Of a stretch of DNA of 48,376 bases, positions 36,159-48,376 are shown one piece after another (positions within the stretch are counted from its first letter, which is position 1; the number at the start of each line of letters is the position of its first letter). Under the pieces are notes generated by a model, which saw nothing but the letters and a program-made list of their open reading frames with translations, was not told the DNA's origin and ran no database searches. Source of the stretch: Chiloscyllium plagiosum (Eukaryota); assembly GCF_004010195.1 (NCBI RefSeq), contig NC_057719.1:52794260-52842635 (forward strand), written 5' to 3'. The translations under genes were made by a program, and so were the position numbers.

Positions 36159-36817
36159 TTACAATTCCCTGCTCCATCAGTACCTTAAATGTCAGGTCAA
36201 ACACCACCATCCTCTTCTACGCTGTGGGGAGAGGGTATGGCTTGTCTGACAGTACCTGGTCTGCTTGGTACTACACCTCTATTTATCTCCTTCTCAATGA
36301 TCGCATTTATAGTTGAGAAACTGGCCTGTTGAACAAAGCTTGAAAAATAATACTCTCCAGAAGCACACCCTCAACAGCTGTTTCTGCAATGTCTCCTCAC
36401 AGGAATATAAGAAATGCAATCAGAAGTGCGCCTTTCAGTCCATCGAAACTGCTTTGTTATTGTACTCAATCATTCCTGATCTCCTACTTCAGGTTGGAGG
36501 GATTGGTAGTTGAGTTGGGCCAGGAAAGTAGATCGGCCAATTTGGAGGATAGTTGAATGTTGGGTGAAGTCGAGTAAGCAATGATGATTAAGTGACATCA
36601 GATTAAGTCAGTGGCATAGTATGCCTAGTTAGGGGGTAGCCCGGATTAACACAAGGGAGGAATTTGGTGATTGTGGTGTATTCTGGTCTGAGGAGTGGTT
36701 GGGCCTGATCAGATGAATAGTCAGATTAGGTTAGGGAACAGTTGGCTAAGGGCAAGTTGGGTATTCTGTGGTTGGGGATAGTTGGGTCAAAGAGCTGGTT
36801 GGAACAGATTTTGTTTG

Positions 36818-37140
36818 AGATAAAAAAACTGCAGATGCTGGATTCCAAGGTAGACAAGCAGGAGGCTGGAAGAACACAACAAGCCAGGCAGCATCAGGAG
36901 CTGAAGAAGTCAACATTTTGGATGTAACCCTTCTTCAGAACTGGGGTTGGTGGAAGATAAAGAGGAGGTGGAGGAGAGTTTTAGGTGGGGAGAGGGGTGG
37001 GATGTTGAGGTAGGAATAGATGAACACAGATAGAGGGTACAACCTGGTTGGTCAATGGGAGGAATGAATCCGGTTGGTAGCTGGAAGGAAGGGTCGGTCA
37101 GAAGAATGGAAGGGAGGAGGATGGGAGGTTATTTGAAATT
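36818..37140 (-). mobile_element. PLE 3' end, decayed hammerhead
   Basis: Minus strand ctgaagaagggttacatccaaaatgttg (about 36909-36938), then the gatgctgcctg...ccagcatctgcag tail. Confidence 0.75.
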
Positions 37141-40100
37141 GTTTTGGCAAGGCTCAGGGATGGGGTTGGCAGGTGGTCTGTGCTGGGGCAGTGATAGAGT
37201 GCGTTGGGGGTCAGCTAGTGGGATCATCAAGCATGTGATTATTGGGAAGTGGAGGTGGGTCAATTGTGGAATGACCCAGGTGTTAAACAAGGTATTAGTT
37301 TGTCTAACACATCCTGGGTAACTATTCAAGTAAGTACATTGGAACTGTCCAAGGTCTCCAAGTGCAAGACTGTCAGAGACCTTTGCAGAGGGTCCCAGAG
37401 GAAAACGGAATTCCCAATCAGAAAGTTAAACTTCTTGGGTAAACCCACAGAGCTTTGCTCACTTGGTTTCTTCAGGGTCCTGACCCATATATTCACTTGT
37501 ACTTTTGAAAAGTTACCTAACCAGGTGCATCCTCAAGTGAAATGAATTGCACTGAGCAGATATCTTCTTGCATGCCCTGGGAAGTTTACTCTATGCCAGT
37601 GGGCAAAAGAAAAAGGTAGGGATTAGTTGTGGTAAAGATGAATTCTTATGACCTCTCTACCCAGTATGTTCATATTTCAGAGACTGATGATAAAACTGTA
37701 TACATTCATCAGAGATATTTGCAATTGTCATCTGCTATCTATGAGCTCCCTATCTATACATCTCCAGTCATGAAGGGCAGAGCTATGTCTCTAAAGGCAA
37801 GAACTTCTGCCTGTTCAGGTGTGAGATGGGTTATCTGGACTTCTCCAGTCTTTTCATAATAGCCCTGGTGTTTTTCACTTTCTTTCACTTATAATGCAAG
37901 ACAAAACAGATCGGTTACTTCTTGAAGCCACTCATTCGATTGATGCAGCCCATTCAAGTAAGGTGTCAGAGAGATGCAGCACATTGTATAAACATTGGTG
38001 TGAGTGGAATCAGCAAATGGATATTTTTTAAAAATGACAAAATGCAGCAAAAGTGCAATTTTGGTGATGATAAAAATTTACTTGGTTTGATGAATCACAT
38101 TACAGTAGAAACCTGGCAAAGTTGAACGTTTAAGTATGGGTTTACACTACAGACTGGAGTTGAATGTAGTCTTTTTTTGCCTGATGTGTTTGCATTCAAG
38201 ACAGAGGCACAGTCTCCGACTGGTCATTCCTTCAGCCTTTGCTAACCACAGCATTCTTGATGGGAGCTGAAAGTTACTTCCAGCACTAAATCCAAAGCTT
38301 CACCATTGAATATGAATGCTGCCCTTGTTGTCTGCTCACCATCCTAGATATATCCTGGTTCCTTGACTTTATTTTTCTATATTGATCTTATGAACAGAGT
38401 TGAAATTGGACACTCATCATCACTGTTGTATTGCTTGGAGGCATAAAATCTAGAAGTCAAGGTTTATTGCTTCAATTCAGTTGTGATCACTAATTTAATT
38501 TCCAGGCAATCCCCACACATTTTCATGACATTATTCAGAGGTTATCTTCAAATTAAAATTAGGGCCATGATTTTGTTTGTGTTGCACTAATATTTATCGT
38601 TTCAGTTAATTTCCACTGACCATGTTTGAGATAATAACCAATCCGAGGCCTTTATTTCAAAACTGTTCATATTTAGTTTGGGCTGGAGAGCTATTATTTC
38701 AAATATGTTTCTTGGTACTATCAAGGACCCAAAGAATGCTTATGTTCAAAGAAATGCTTTTTAATTCAAGAACACTGTTGTGAACAGTTTGTTGGCAATG
38801 TACCTGAACAGAAATGCTGAGCACTTCAACTTCAGTTCAAAGACTTCACATATTCAACAATAATATTCAGTTATAAACCTGAGCTTTAGATTGAAAACAC
38901 AGAAATGAAAGGTATTTCAAACTAATAAGGATTTGGTAAACAAATTTTCTCTCTCTGTGGAGTCATTTGAGATTATGTTGTTTCTCCTACCTCTCCTTTA
39001 TCCAGATACCAAAATTCACTGGAGAACAATTTCTTAAATGTTCTCTATAATTTGCATAGCAGGATCTTACAATTTCCAGAGCGGTACATTTACTACAGGT
39101 GTTTCATGCAAGGATTAAATGTTTTAACATTCAGACCAAACAGCTTCAAATTTTATAATTGATTTTCTTTATTTTTACCAACTTCTCTCTGGAGTGAATA
39201 CTAATCAAGATTATTTCTGTAAACTATGGGAAGAACTACGTTGCTTTTCTACAGAAGATTGTTAATTAATATCTGTTGTTCTTTGTAGTTAGAGATTATT
39301 TGTAAGTTACTATAAGCATATGTTTCTCACAGCAAATTGATCAATTTTTTTTTAGATTGTTTTGTCAAAACAAATTATTTATTTAAAATGACCATGGACA
39401 AACTATTACATCTCTCCTGGAAAATGAATTCTTTATAAATATATGATATATAATAGCATAATGGATTCACATATTTGGTCAGTTGTACCACTTCTCATTT
39501 TCTCAATTTGCTGTTCAACTGTCGAATTTTGCAAACTCTCAATAGGCTGTTACATTATTCTTCCTATTCGCAATTCCATTTTCAAGTTAAAAAACCAGAG
39601 AGATGTATAACGGACAGTTGAAATGTCACTAGCTTTACATGATCAGCCAAAATCTAAATTACCCCAATAGATTTTCATCCACTGCAGTTTTTGTTCCATA
39701 CCATCTTCTAGTTACTGCAGCATAATAAAAGCATGAATGTTACTGATGTAAAAACTGCCAATATCAACTCAGGGAATTAGCTCATCTGATTTACTGTCAC
39801 ACTAGTGTCTCACAGGGTGCTCCCTTTCAGGGACAAGTAGAAACAGACTTGATATCATTTCTGTCAAAACTCAGACAGAGAGAGGCATTTGCCAGGTAAC
39901 TAGTCGTTCTCATAAATAAGTAATAAAAAAAGTCCAAATGGTTACAATATGGTTTACATTATTTAAAAAAAATGAATTTGACTACTTTTGAAAGAAAAGA
40001 TACTTTTGAAAGATAATAATAGATCATGTGAGGCTTCAGAAGCTTCACATACTTCAAATAAATTGCAATTTATTTAGGTGGATTGAATAATGGCATTTTA

Positions 40101-40499
40101 AAAAAATCATAGATAGTGGTGATAAATGGAAATTAACCTGTCCATTTGGAGCAACATGATGAGTGACATTTTTCAAAGTTTGTTCAAACATATTTGCATT
40201 TGTATTATTCAAAAATTACTTTCTGAATTCCCATGGTAAGATGAAAGAAACACAATTCCATTCTAGCTATGAAATGAAAGGTGCATTATGCTGTAATTAA
40301 GTTTGATGTTTCCTCTAACTTCTTCAGTTAGCCATGGATGGTAGTCTTCCTTTTGGAATTTTTCTTCATTGTGAGAATATATCTACTGTGAGTATTCTGA
40401 AAGATCTCCTTGAAGGCCTACTGCTATTGAGCTATTCATTAGTTTACAATGCCAATTCACTTTAGCTAGCTCAGTGTTCATGCCCTAATAATTTCAAAC

Positions 40500-40828
40500 T
40501 AGATAAAAAGTGTAATCATACTGTGGTCACTGATACCTTGGGCTGCCTTAACTCCGCGATTATGAATTGATCCTGTCACATTATACATGACTTCCTCTAT
40601 TATAACTCACTCTCTGGTTGGTTCCAAAATCAGATGCTCAAACAGACTGTCTTGAAAACATTCTTTGAACTGCTCATTCAGGCTATTATTGTCAATCTGA
40701 TTTTTCCAGTTTATATGTACAATAAAGTCACTCACTACATTTGCTGTTCCTTTGTCACAAGCATCCAATATTTCTTCTTGTATATTTTATCCCAGATCAT
40801 AGTCACTGCTGAGGGTACTATAGACTAC
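40500..40828 (-). mobile_element. old CR1 endonuclease fragment
   Basis: Minus strand VVY...SSD, GDF-like and SDHSMI remnants. Confidence 0.55.
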
Positions 40829-41292
40829 ATGAAAGTGAGGACTGCAGATGCTACAGAGTCAGAATTTAAAAATGTGGTTCTGGAAAAGCACAGCAGGTCA
40901 GGCAGCATCCGAGAAGCAGGTGAGTCGACGTTTCCAGCAGAAGCCCTTCATCAAGAATGTGGGGTGGGGGAAGGGGACTGAAAGATAGATGGGGGGGGTG
41001 GGCTTGGAGTAAAGTAGCTGGGTAGGCGATAGGTGGATGCAGGTGGGGAGGCTGGAGTGGATAGATTTGAAGGAAGATGGACAGGTAGGACATGTCAAAA
41101 GGGTGGTGCTGAGTTGGAGGGTTGAATATGGGGTGAGGTGGGGGCAGAGGAGATTTGGAAACTAGTGAAGTTGACATTGATGTCATGTGATTGAAGGATC
41201 TCATGCGGAAGATGAGGCATTCTTCCTCCAGTTTGGAGGTGGAGGAGGTCCAGGACTTGCATGTCCTTGGTGGAGTGGGAGAGTGAAGCACA
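40829..41292 (-). mobile_element. PLE fragment (GIY-YIG C-terminus to 3' end) with 9-bp TSD
   Basis: KLEEECLIFR motif; decayed hammerhead at 40923-40956; direct repeat atagactac (40820-40828, 41293-41301). Confidence 0.85.
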
Positions 41293-41834
41293 ATAGACTA
41301 CTTCTGCTCACAACTTCTTCTTCCTACTATTCCTCATCACCACCTGAACTGATTTTGCCTCCTGATCACCTGAACCAATGGCATCTCTCACTATTATACT
41401 GATGGCATCTTTGCTTACCAATGCTAGCCCCCACCCTGTCACTTCTCCCCCACCTATTTTTTTTTAATGTCACATACTTCTCAATTTTCAAGACCAGCCT
41501 TTGTCATCCTGAAGCCTTGTCTCCATAATGACCATCATATCATATTTATTTAACTTAACGTGCATAATCTATTCATTTACTTTGTTTTGAATGCTACTTG
41601 CATTCAGATACAGGGCCTTTAGTTTAGTATTTTTGTTATCTTTGTAATATCTAGTCTTTACTATTAATGTCATCATTAGTTTTTTTTTCTTGCTCTTCTT
41701 CTTTTCATTCTCTTACCTTATTTCCCATATTACTATTTTCATTTTCTGTCTTGACCCAATGTTTTGACTTACATTATCTTCCCACATTCTATCCCTTGCT
41801 CCCATTGGTTTTAAACCCTTTTTACTATCCTAGT

Positions 41835-42670
41835 TGTGCAGTTCACAAAAACACATAGCCCAGCATGGTTCAGATGCAGACTATTGCAATGATACAGCCC
41901 CTACTTTCTCTAATATTGTTGTCAGTGGCCCACGAATCAGAGCGTGCTTTTTCCAGTCTTTGAGACATGTACTCATCTCTTTAATTTTAATGCCAATTTA
42001 CACACCGCTCAGGTAGTAATTCAGGGACCATAATCTTTGAAGCTCTGGTTTTCTAATTTAGTGCCCAGCACTTTATAATCTCGATACAGAACTGTTTTCC
42101 TAATTCTACTTATTTAATTGAAACCTACATAGACCATGACCACTGGATCATTCCCTTCCACTCCAAGTTCCTAGATAGCCCTGAGCTGACATCCTGAACC
42201 TTGGCAGCTGAGACACAACACAATCATCTGAACTCAATCTTTACAATTGAAAGATGTCAATTCTTCCCACTATATAATTATTGACTACTCTACTATGGCT
42301 ACATTCCTTGTTGATCACCCACTTGAAAAGTTTTTGTACCATGGTACCATGGACATCCAATCTATAGCCCTGTCTCTCATCCAAAAAAGCTGAGAGAACA
42401 CCCACACTATTGGACAACTGAAAAGGCTGCCAATCCTGCCAACCTGTCCTCTGGGTACCTTCCTGCCTTACTCAATCTTCTTGTGATTGACCACTGATCA
42501 AATCAGATGGCCCTTTCCAAAGTGGTGTGACTGCCTTATGATGCAAAGAATTCCTTTTGTCTCACATTATCTGCAGTTCAGCCTTCAGTTCAAACATTTG
42601 CTACAGATAGGTTTACCCTTATTGACAGTGTATTCCTAAACTCCCACATGCTGCAACTTTGTCACCTCAT
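41835..42670 (-). mobile_element. old CR1 ORF1 (esterase) fossil
   Basis: Minus strand GNDPVVMVYVG and LHLNHAG remnants correspond to EVIVHIGTND and DGLHLH..G in ORF 46696-47493. Confidence 0.55.
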
Positions 42671-44189
42671 TTGAACAACCATGCTTAATGAGTTTTAATT
42701 ATTTAGTTATATTATTAATTTGTTTAGGATGCTCTTTATATATTTTATTAACTTTACCATCAATTTGTGAACTATCTTAAAATTTATCAATAGAAAGGAC
42801 CTTAAATACTTACCAGAAATTCACCACAGAACCACTTCGTTTCTCTACAGTGGAGCAAGAGCTAATTACAATCATGAACCTAACTCCGTGTCTATCTGCT
42901 TGCCCTAGGGGGGATCTTTTATTTATATGGGTACAAAATTATTTAAATTTGAAGAAGGCTACAAATGAGAATACACCTTTCCAAACAGAGCAGTGAAAAT
43001 AGGAAATAGATCTCTTGCAAAATCAATAGACATATGCAAGGCCATTATGTGTAAATGAAATAAGAATGTCAATGTTACACAAGTCATTTCCCTTTGTGTG
43101 TAGCATGAAATATCAGAAATATTTTCCGTGGATTGTAAATTGCATCCATCTATTACAATGAACTTGCTATGCCTAGAATTCATCATATATTGCTTGGGGG
43201 AAAGGATTTCCACCTTTCTTTCTTCACAATGTTATCACCTAATACTCATTTTAATGTTTGGATGAGCAGTAATTCATCTTGCATGATAATCCTGACTAGG
43301 GTCTGGATGTTTTTATGAGAAGAAAGCTTGAAACCATGCTGGTGCAAACAAGTGAATATTTATTGACTATTCATATTATTTATGGAGACAGACTTTAGCA
43401 TCATGTGATATCATTGATGTCAGCGATGTTGCACCCAATAATTAGTGTAATAGTTATTAACTCCTATCATTGGTGATCACTAGACTCTGTTTTCTGAAGA
43501 ATCCATGTAGTTCATTAACTCCACCATGATCAGAAACCTCATCTAACCTATTCAAAATTCTACCTCGAGGTTTCTTTCCCATCTTCTCAGTTGACCCACC
43601 TAATCCCCTGTGAACCAGCTTCTAACCTGCCTTCGGCCTCTGATTGCTTTTCAGCCTAGAATTGTGTCTCATCTCCAAGCTCCCTGATTCCAGCCTTCCT
43701 GGTGTTGCTTGAACTTTTCTGGTTAACACTTTGCACTGACCTTTCTGATCTTCCATAGTTCTGGAATTTCATCTTCTTTCCCCTGAAGTTGGTCTCCTGA
43801 TCTCCCAATGCTTTTACATTCACAGTCCCAGTCTTGCTTATTTTTGTTGGTTCCAGATTCTGATCTTCTCTGTTTTTGTCAATACTACACTGTCCAGTTT
43901 CTTCCAGCTGGAGATTCTGATCTTGATTTCCCCACCCCAGACTCCTGAATTTTCCTTGACTCCTCTCCACTTCTGCCTCTCAATTTATTTGACTGTGGTG
44001 TCACAAAAACTGACATCTGGGTCCTGCCATTAAATTTGGCAGGATTTGTGGGAAGATAATGCTTCCATAATTTCTCAGCTCATCCTTCTCCCTGCCTTCA
44101 AGTTAATAATCAAGATTATGAATCCTTAAGTTATACAGCAAGGAGCTAACAAAATTTAATAATGCAGCATCCTAGCAGACTAAATTGGG

Positions 44190-45368
44190 ACTTTATTGAG
44201 TTCTTTCAAGGAAGTGACAAAACAGGTGGATGAAGGTAAAGCGGTTGATGTGGTGTATATGGACTTCAGTAAGGCATTTGATAAGGTTCCACGTGGTAGG
44301 CTATTGCACAAAATCTGGAGTTTTGTGATTGAAGGTGTTTAACGGTTTGAATCAAAAATTGGCTAGCTGAAAGAAAACAGAGGGTGTTGGTTGATGGGAA
44401 ATGTTCATCCTGTCATTTTTTTAATGACCTGGATGTGGGTGTAGAAGGATGGGTTAGAAAATTTGCAGGTGACACTATCGGAGCCAGAGTTATGGATAGT
44501 GCTGAAGGATGTTGTGGGTTACAGAGGGACTTAGATAAGATGCAGAACTGAGCTGAGAAATGGCAAATAGAGATTAATGCGGAAAAGTGTGAGATAGTTC
44601 ACTTCGGAAGAGATAACAGGAATGCAGAGTACTGGGCTAATGGTAAAATTCTTGGCAGGGTAGATAAACAAAGAGATCTTGGTGTGCTGGTGCATAAATC
44701 TCTGAAAGTTGCCATGCATATTGATAGGGTTGTTCAGAAGGCATATGGAATGTTGGCATTTATTGGTGGGGTTTGAGTTTCGGAGCCACAAGGTTATGCT
44801 TCAGCTGTATAAGTCACTGGTAAGGCTGCACCTGGAACATTGCATGCAGTTCTGGTCACCACATTAGAGGAAGGCTGCGGAAGCTTTGGAAAGGGTTCAG
44901 AGGAGATTTTCTAGGATGATAGCTGGTATGCAAGGAAGTCTTATGAGAAAAGGCTGAGGGAACTGAGGCTGTTTTTATTGCAAAGAAGAAGGTTGAGAGG
45001 TGACTTAATCGAGACACAAAAGATAATCATAGGGTTAGATAGGGTGGACAGTTAAAACCTTTTTCCTTGGATGGTGAAGGCTAACAAGAGGGGACTTAGC
45101 TTTAAATTGAGGGGTGATAGATTTAGGACAGATATTAGGGATAGTTTCTTCACTCAGAGCGTAGTAGAGGGGTTGGAACGGCCTACCTGCAACAGTAGTA
45201 GACTAGCCAACGTTAAGGGCATTTAAATGGGCATTGGACATACATATGGATAATAATGGAACGGTGTAGGTTAGATGAACATCAGATTAATTTCACAGAT
45301 CAGCACAACATTGAGGGCCGAAGGGCCTGTATTGTGTTGTAATATTCTGTTTTATGTCCTATGTTCTA
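44190..45368 (+). mobile_element. CR1 subfamily B, 5'-truncated, small internal deletion
   Basis: AVDVVYMDFSKAFDKVP, FAGDT, QFWSP; PQGS segment missing at about 44412; tail tatgttcta. Confidence 0.93.
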
Positions 45369-46569
45369 AACTTGGCAAGTATGTTCTGTTTTATTGTTTT
45401 ATATCTTAGCATAATAACACAGCAATTTCATCCATAATTTATTATTTTGACTCCAAATTGTTACACTAAATATATATATTATCCATGAGCACACCAAAAA
45501 TATTTTCAGCTTTTCTGAAATTTCTAAACTGATTCAAGAACAGCTGTTTGGCAAGCACAGTATCATAATGGACTGCAAATAATTTACAGCGTCTGGTTTA
45601 ATAAATACTGATTCTTAAAATCAAAGAAGAGAAATTCAATGTGTTGAAATCACAAATTGTTAAGAAAAGGTGGCCTGGACAATTTTGAGTCTGAATTGTT
45701 TGGACTTTTTTGAGGCACTTTGAACATCAAAGTGAAAACAATTTAATCAAGTGAAGAACATCATTGTTGCCTGTAATAAGCAAAAAATGGCCAGCAGGCC
45801 AATAATGCTGAAGTAGACAAGTGATTTAATAAAATGCCAGATGTAATACCGTGAAATAGGGAGTTATATCTTTTTCCAGTCACCAATTCTAATAAAAAAG
45901 GTAGTGCTGCGTAAGCATCATATAATTTTCCGAGTAAATTAATCATTCCCTCTGTTTGTTATTGCTGGTGTAAAGTAAAATAAAACAAGTATTCTGCTTA
46001 TTAAGACAATGTAAACCAACAAAAATGAATGACTCATGAAGAATTATGGGCCATTTAATTTAACATCTGTATAGGGAAAATTTGGGAAGTTGCAATTCAA
46101 GGCAAAATTACCAGACAGCCACATGAGGAGAAAATAATTAAATACAATAAACTGCATTTCAAAAGGGAGGCTTGTACTTGACGAACTTGCAAAGGTGAGG
46201 TCAGTGCAGGAGAGAGAGAGAGAGAAAACCTGCACAGTTACTGCCTTTGCTGTTTGAATTCGTGTATCGCTGGACATCGGAGTGTGTCTGGGAAAATTAA
46301 CAAACAGTGAAATTCACAACTAATCTTGGAGGATTTGTTGGGCGAATCAGAATCAGAATCAGATAAGTTAATTGTTGTTTTAAGTCTGTCCGAGAGAAAG
46401 GCTGCAGTAGGGGGTACAGTGGATTCTATCTTGATTATACGGTTTTGGAGATAAATCTCATGATTAAACTTAAAATATAAGCTATAGCTATTAATTTAAC
46501 CTGGGGCAGTGTTTGTAGAGGAATAAAACGGTGTTATTTTCTGGGTCTGTAGATTGTGAAGGAGGCAAA

Positions 46570-47493
46570 ATGGCCTTTACAGTGATACGTACTTCTTGTC
46601 AGATGTGGGAGTTTAAAAAGAGTTTAAGGGTTACTGCGGATTATATCTGCTATAAATGCTGTTGGATGCGAAGCTTATCAGATCAAGTGGATTAGTTGGA
46701 GAGACAACTAGAAGCGATGAGGGATTTGCAACAGCAACAGTATGTGATGGATGGCAGTTATAGAAAGGGGGGAAAGTCTCAGATACAGTCACATAGATGG
46801 GTTAACTCCAGGAAGGGTAAGAGAAGTAGGCAACTAGAGCAGGAGTTTTTTGTGGATATACCCATTTCAAACAGGTATGCTGTTTTGGAAAATGTAGGGG
46901 GTGATGGATTCTCAGGGGAATGTAGCACAAACAGCCACGTTTCTGGTATTGAGACTGGCTCTAATGCAACGAGGGGTACGTTGGCTTCCAAGAGATCAAT
47001 TGTGTTAGGGGATTCTGTAGTCAGAGGTACAGACAGACGTTTCTGTGGCCAGCAGAGAAAAAGCAGAATGGTGTGTTGTGCCAGGATCAAGGATGCCTCA
47101 GAGAGGGTGCAGAATGTTCTCACAGGGGAGAGGGGCGAGCAGGAGGTCATTGTCCACATTGGAACCAATGACATAGGAAGGGAAAAGATTGAGACTCTGA
47201 AGGGAGATTACAGAGAGTTAGGTAGAAATTTAAAAAGGAGGTCCTCAAGGGTAGTAATATCTGGATTACTTCCAGTGCTACAAGCTAGTGAGGGCAGGAA
47301 TAGAAGGATAGAGCAGAGGAATGCATGGCTGAGGAGCTGGTGTATGGGAGAAGGATTCACATTTTTGGATCATTGGAATCTTTTTTGGGGTAGAAGTGAC
47401 CTGGACAAGAAGGACGGATTGCACCTACATTGGAAGGGGACTAATATACTGGCAGGGAAATTTGCTAGAACTACTTGGGATGATTTAAACTAG
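46570..47493 (+). pseudogene. CR1 ORF1p: Cys motif/coiled coil plus SGNH/GDSL esterase-like domain, one in-frame stop
   Basis: ATG 46570, SCQMWE...YICYKCC, TAG at 46693-46695, then an open frame with VLGDSVVR, VHIGTNDI and DGLHL. Confidence 0.88.
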
Positions 47494-47618
47494 GAAGGTG
47501 GGGGGGTGGGACCCAGGGAGATAGTGAGGAAAGAGATCGATTTGAGATGGGTACAGCTGAGAACAGACGTGAGTCAACCAGTCAAGGCAGGCAGGGACAG
47601 GGTAGGACTAATAAATGA

Positions 47619-48376
47619 AACTGCATTTATTTCAATGCAAGTGGCCTTACAGGGAAGGCAGATGAACTCAGGGCATGGCTAGGAACATGGGACTGGGATA
47701 TCATAGCAATTACGGAAATATGGCTCAGGGATGGGCAGGACTGGCAGCTGAATGTTCCAGGATACAAATGCTACAGGAAGGATAGAAAGGGAGGCAAAAG
47801 ACGAGGGGGAGTGGCATTTTTGATAAGGGATAGCATTACAGCTGTGCTAAGTGAGGATATTCCTGGAAATACATCGAGGGAAGTTATTTGGGTGGAACTA
47901 AGAAATAAGAAAGGGATGATCACCTTACTGGGATTGTATTATAGACCCCCCAATAGTCAGAGGGAAATTGAGAAACAAACTTGTAAGGAGATCTCAGGTA
48001 TCTGTAAGAATAATATGGTGGTTATGGTAGGGGATTTTAACTTTCCAAATATCGACCTGGACTGCCATAGTGTTAAAAGTTTAGATGGAGAGGAATTTTT
48101 TCAGTGTGTACAAGACAATGTTCTGATTCAGTATGTGGATGTACCTACTAGAGAAGGTGCAAAACTAGACCTACCCTTGGGAAATAAGGCAGGGCAGGTG
48201 ACTGAGATGTCAGTGGGGGAGCACTTTGGGGCCAGCGACCATAATTCTATTCGTTTTAAAATAGTGATAGAAAAAGATAGACCAGATCTAAAAGTTGAAG
48301 TTCTAAATTGGAGAAAGGCCAATTTTGACAATATTAGGCAAGAACTTTCAAAAGCTGATTGGAGGCAGATGTTCGC
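47619..48376 (+). CDS. CR1 ORF2 APE-type endonuclease domain (partial, open to window end)
   Basis: Manual translation without stops: CIYFNAS, DIIAITEIWL, GGVAF, YYRPPNS, MVGDFNFP, PTREGAKLDL, ASDHNSI. In-frame TGA immediately upstream (47616-47618). Confidence 0.85.

Larger units (their letters stand above)
46160..48376 (+). mobile_element. young CR1 LINE, 5' part (5'UTR, ORF1, ORF2 endonuclease), runs off window
   Basis: See the ORF1 and ORF2 entries; the 5' boundary is approximate. Confidence 0.9.

Noticed and set aside
36480..37600. Old repeat possibly related in reverse to 8290-10050
   Set aside because: The similarity is compositional plus a few short words; I could not support it by alignment.
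43656..43970. 104-aa ORF
   Set aside because: It is the purine-rich strand of a low-complexity, internally repetitive region with no recognisable domain.

Overview
Eukaryotic, repeat-dominated genomic DNA with one 408-N assembly gap (22740-23147). The repeat families (HE1/V-SINE-type SINEs, several CR1 subfamilies, Rex-Babar, Penelope-like elements) indicate a cartilaginous fish, probably a carpet shark (inference). I recognise no host protein-coding gene, so this looks like an intron or gene desert. Almost every supplied ORF is a transposon fragment or its antisense shadow. Contents: many 5'-truncated CR1 LINEs; one young CR1 5' end (esterase-type ORF1 plus an open endonuclease domain) running off the right edge; a Rex-Babar LINE lacking its RT core; about 12 Penelope-like fragments carrying minimal hammerhead-ribozyme motifs; three HE1-type SINEs; a decayed PIF/Harbinger transposase; a solo LTR; a faint L1/Tx1 fossil; and a tRNA-Val(CAC) pseudogene. 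Best leads: (1) a 388-bp terminally redundant, hammerhead-bearing mini-element with an 8-bp TSD (retrozyme-like architecture), and short inserts that begin right at the ribozyme; (2) a pre-tRNA-Val joined at its T-tract to a CR1 5' end; (3) an 83-bp inverted duplication forming a long hairpin inside the Harbinger transposase; (4) a head-to-head fusion of two different CR1 subfamilies. All family calls were made by eye from recalled motifs, and old-repeat boundaries are approximate.
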